From positions 1 through 64,000 of IMG/VR virus record IMGVR_UViG_3300020048_000101: a stretch of 64,000 bases of DNA; one strand, written 5' to 3'. Shown piece by piece: positions 62,494-64,000 of the stretch. Position 1 is the stretch's first letter. Each line of letters opens with the position of its first letter. Below the pieces are notes generated by a model that was given only the letters and a program-made list of their open reading frames with translations, was not told the DNA's origin and ran no database searches. This stretch comes from an uncultured virus (IMG/VR IMGVR_UViG_3300020048_000101). Taxonomy: Duplodnaviria > Heunggongvirae > Uroviricota > Caudoviricetes. The position numbers and the translations under genes were made by a program.

Positions 62494-62910
62494 ATGAAAA
62501 TAATCATCAGTGAAAATAAAGTTAAGACGATTAAACGTTTAATTAAACGTCAAGGTGTTGAGAATGTTGTCCAACTAATGGGTGGTTGGAAAACTTTTAG
62601 TGAAGTTTTAGAATTTAAAAACCCAATGGATTTCTTACATCTGTTTGATGATTTGGAAGTTGTACAATCAGAAGAAAAACCTGATTTGTTATTATTTCGT
62701 TATGAAAAAGGTAATAATATAATGCTTTACCGTAAAAGTAATGAAGATATTTTTGTCAATAGTCGTGAAATTTACAAAATTATGGATGAAAAATTTAGCC
62801 TCATATTTCCTGTATTTGTTAGACTTATTGAGAGTTGGGTGGATAAGGTCTATAATTTAAAAGTAGGGAATGTGTATACTGCAAATAGGGGTGACGCTAT
62901 AATTGTGTGA
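62494..62910 (+). CDS. hypothetical protein with IIxE leader
   Basis: MKIIISENK; shares QG...QLMGG with next ORF. Confidence 0.55.
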   Translation: MKIIISENKVKTIKRLIKRQGVENVVQLMGGWKTFSEVLEFKNPMDFLHLFDDLEVVQSEEKPDLLLFRYEKGNNIMLYRKSNEDIFVNSREIYKIMDEKFSLIFPVFVRLIESWVDKVYNLKVGNVYTANRGDAIIV

Positions 62911-62933
62911 TGTCTACAATTTAAAATGAAACT

Positions 62934-63425
62934 ATGAAAATAATAATCAGTGAAGATAAACTTGAGAAGGTTCAAGAATTAATTCAAAAGCAAGGTGCTA
63001 AACGTACGATTCAATTAATGGGTGGTCCTCAGAATTTATTAAGACTATTTGGTGGTGGTTTAAAAGAATTTTATAAAACTACGGGTTATGTTCCATATAA
63101 GTTCGATTCGACAGGTGAGAATATGTATATAGATGAAATGTTAATTCAATCCCTTAATTTAGAAGATGTGTATGATTCTGGAAAAAATCTTGGTAATTTT
63201 AGATGGACTAGTAGTGGTATGGATTATAAGGTTAATACGGTAGTCACTAAACCTTTTAAAAGTAGAAATGGTCAAGAGTTACGGAGAGTTGTTGGGATAA
63301 GTGGTGATTCAGGATTTGGTGATTTATATGACAGGGGTATAAAAAAAAATACAATTGGTAAACGAGGTAGAGCTCAGATTTTTAAACAAATCATTGAAAA
63401 ATATAATTTAAATAGTTACTTATGA
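62934..63425 (+). CDS. hypothetical protein with IIxE leader
   Basis: MKIIISEDK; QG...QLMGG. Confidence 0.55.
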   Translation: MKIIISEDKLEKVQELIQKQGAKRTIQLMGGPQNLLRLFGGGLKEFYKTTGYVPYKFDSTGENMYIDEMLIQSLNLEDVYDSGKNLGNFRWTSSGMDYKVNTVVTKPFKSRNGQELRRVVGISGDSGFGDLYDRGIKKNTIGKRGRAQIFKQIIEKYNLNSYL

Positions 63426-63967
63426 AAATAATAATAAGAGAAAATCATATCAAAAAAGGTTTGTTTAAATATTTTGATAAAGAAAAGGAGAAAGGTAATC
63501 CTGTTAAAGTTGATGATAGTTTATATAAGTTATTTAGATTACCGTATTTAGATAACTCATTATATGAATATTTGATTGAGTACAATGGTGGTTTAAAAAA
63601 ATCAATTGAAAAAACTAAAAAATTAATCTCTAAATTACCAAATAATATACCATTCGAATCTCGATATGATGGTGAATTATTTTTTGGGATTTGGGATGAA
63701 AGTGAAATTAATGAATGGGGAGAACTTGAATTATCTGTTGATGTTTCAGGTGAGTTAAATAACGCTCAGTTTTACGGTTATGATGAAGAAGATTATGTTT
63801 ATAGAGACGCGTCACTATCTGAATATTATTTAGAGTCGAATGATATTGCTGAAGAAAGAGAAATTAAGGATACATTAGAAATTGATATTAAACATTATCT
63901 ATTGGATAATATAACAAAATATACAGGAATTCATATTGACATTAAAGAAATTGATATTGTTGATTAA
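63422..63967 (+). CDS. hypothetical protein with IIxE leader
   Basis: MKIIIRENH. Confidence 0.55.
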   Translation: MKIIIRENHIKKGLFKYFDKEKEKGNPVKVDDSLYKLFRLPYLDNSLYEYLIEYNGGLKKSIEKTKKLISKLPNNIPFESRYDGELFFGIWDESEINEWGELELSVDVSGELNNAQFYGYDEEDYVYRDASLSEYYLESNDIAEEREIKDTLEIDIKHYLLDNITKYTGIHIDIKEIDIVD

Positions 63968-63969
63968 TT

Positions 63970-64000
63970 AAAAACCCCCAACATAACATTGGGGGTTTTT
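63970..64000 (+). terminator. intrinsic terminator
   Basis: AAAAACCCCCAA..TTGGGGGTTTTT. Confidence 0.75.

Noticed and set aside
1..64000. Stop-codon reassignment as in some large phages
   Set aside because: Known proteins are full length and coding density is high under code 11; TAA, TAG and TGA all end genes.

Overview
AT-rich, gene-dense window, almost all on the + strand, read in standard code 11. It most likely comes from a very large (jumbo/mega) tailed phage infecting a Bacteroidota host. Support: Bacteroidota-type TTTG-N19-TAnnTTTG promoters, no obvious Shine-Dalgarno sites, a short Bacteroidota-like sigma-70, an Hc1-like protein, many short orphan ORFs, a giant repeat-built tail-fibre-like gene and lysis enzymes. 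Recognisable genes include SbcC/Rad50 (3' end), sigma-70, amidase, DnaJ, two DNA methyltransferases, DUF932, PcfJ-like proteins, thioredoxin, glutaredoxin, a DHH phosphoesterase, SmpB, SPFH, RmlC, RlpA-like, GIY-YIG/T5orf172, HAD enzymes, GT2 and a PlcP/LpxH-like phosphoesterase. Most interesting signals: (1) a DIP1984-like coiled-coil gene followed by a stem-closed RNA whose loop carries 7-nt-periodic T(C/T)AA repeats; (2) a 1.3 kb ncRNA island with tRNA mimics that all have aberrant anticodon arms, a circularly permuted tRNA-like RNA and a ~510-nt ornate RNA; (3) a MetK-derived protein lacking the catalytic motifs; (4) smpB followed by an unannotated ArfA-like basic peptide; (5) a GT2 + PlcP-like pair behind a Pho-box-like repeat; (6) a TATTTAT putative late promoter coupled to a shared N-terminal 'IIxE' leader. 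All family calls and RNA pairings were made by eye, without database searches or folding software.
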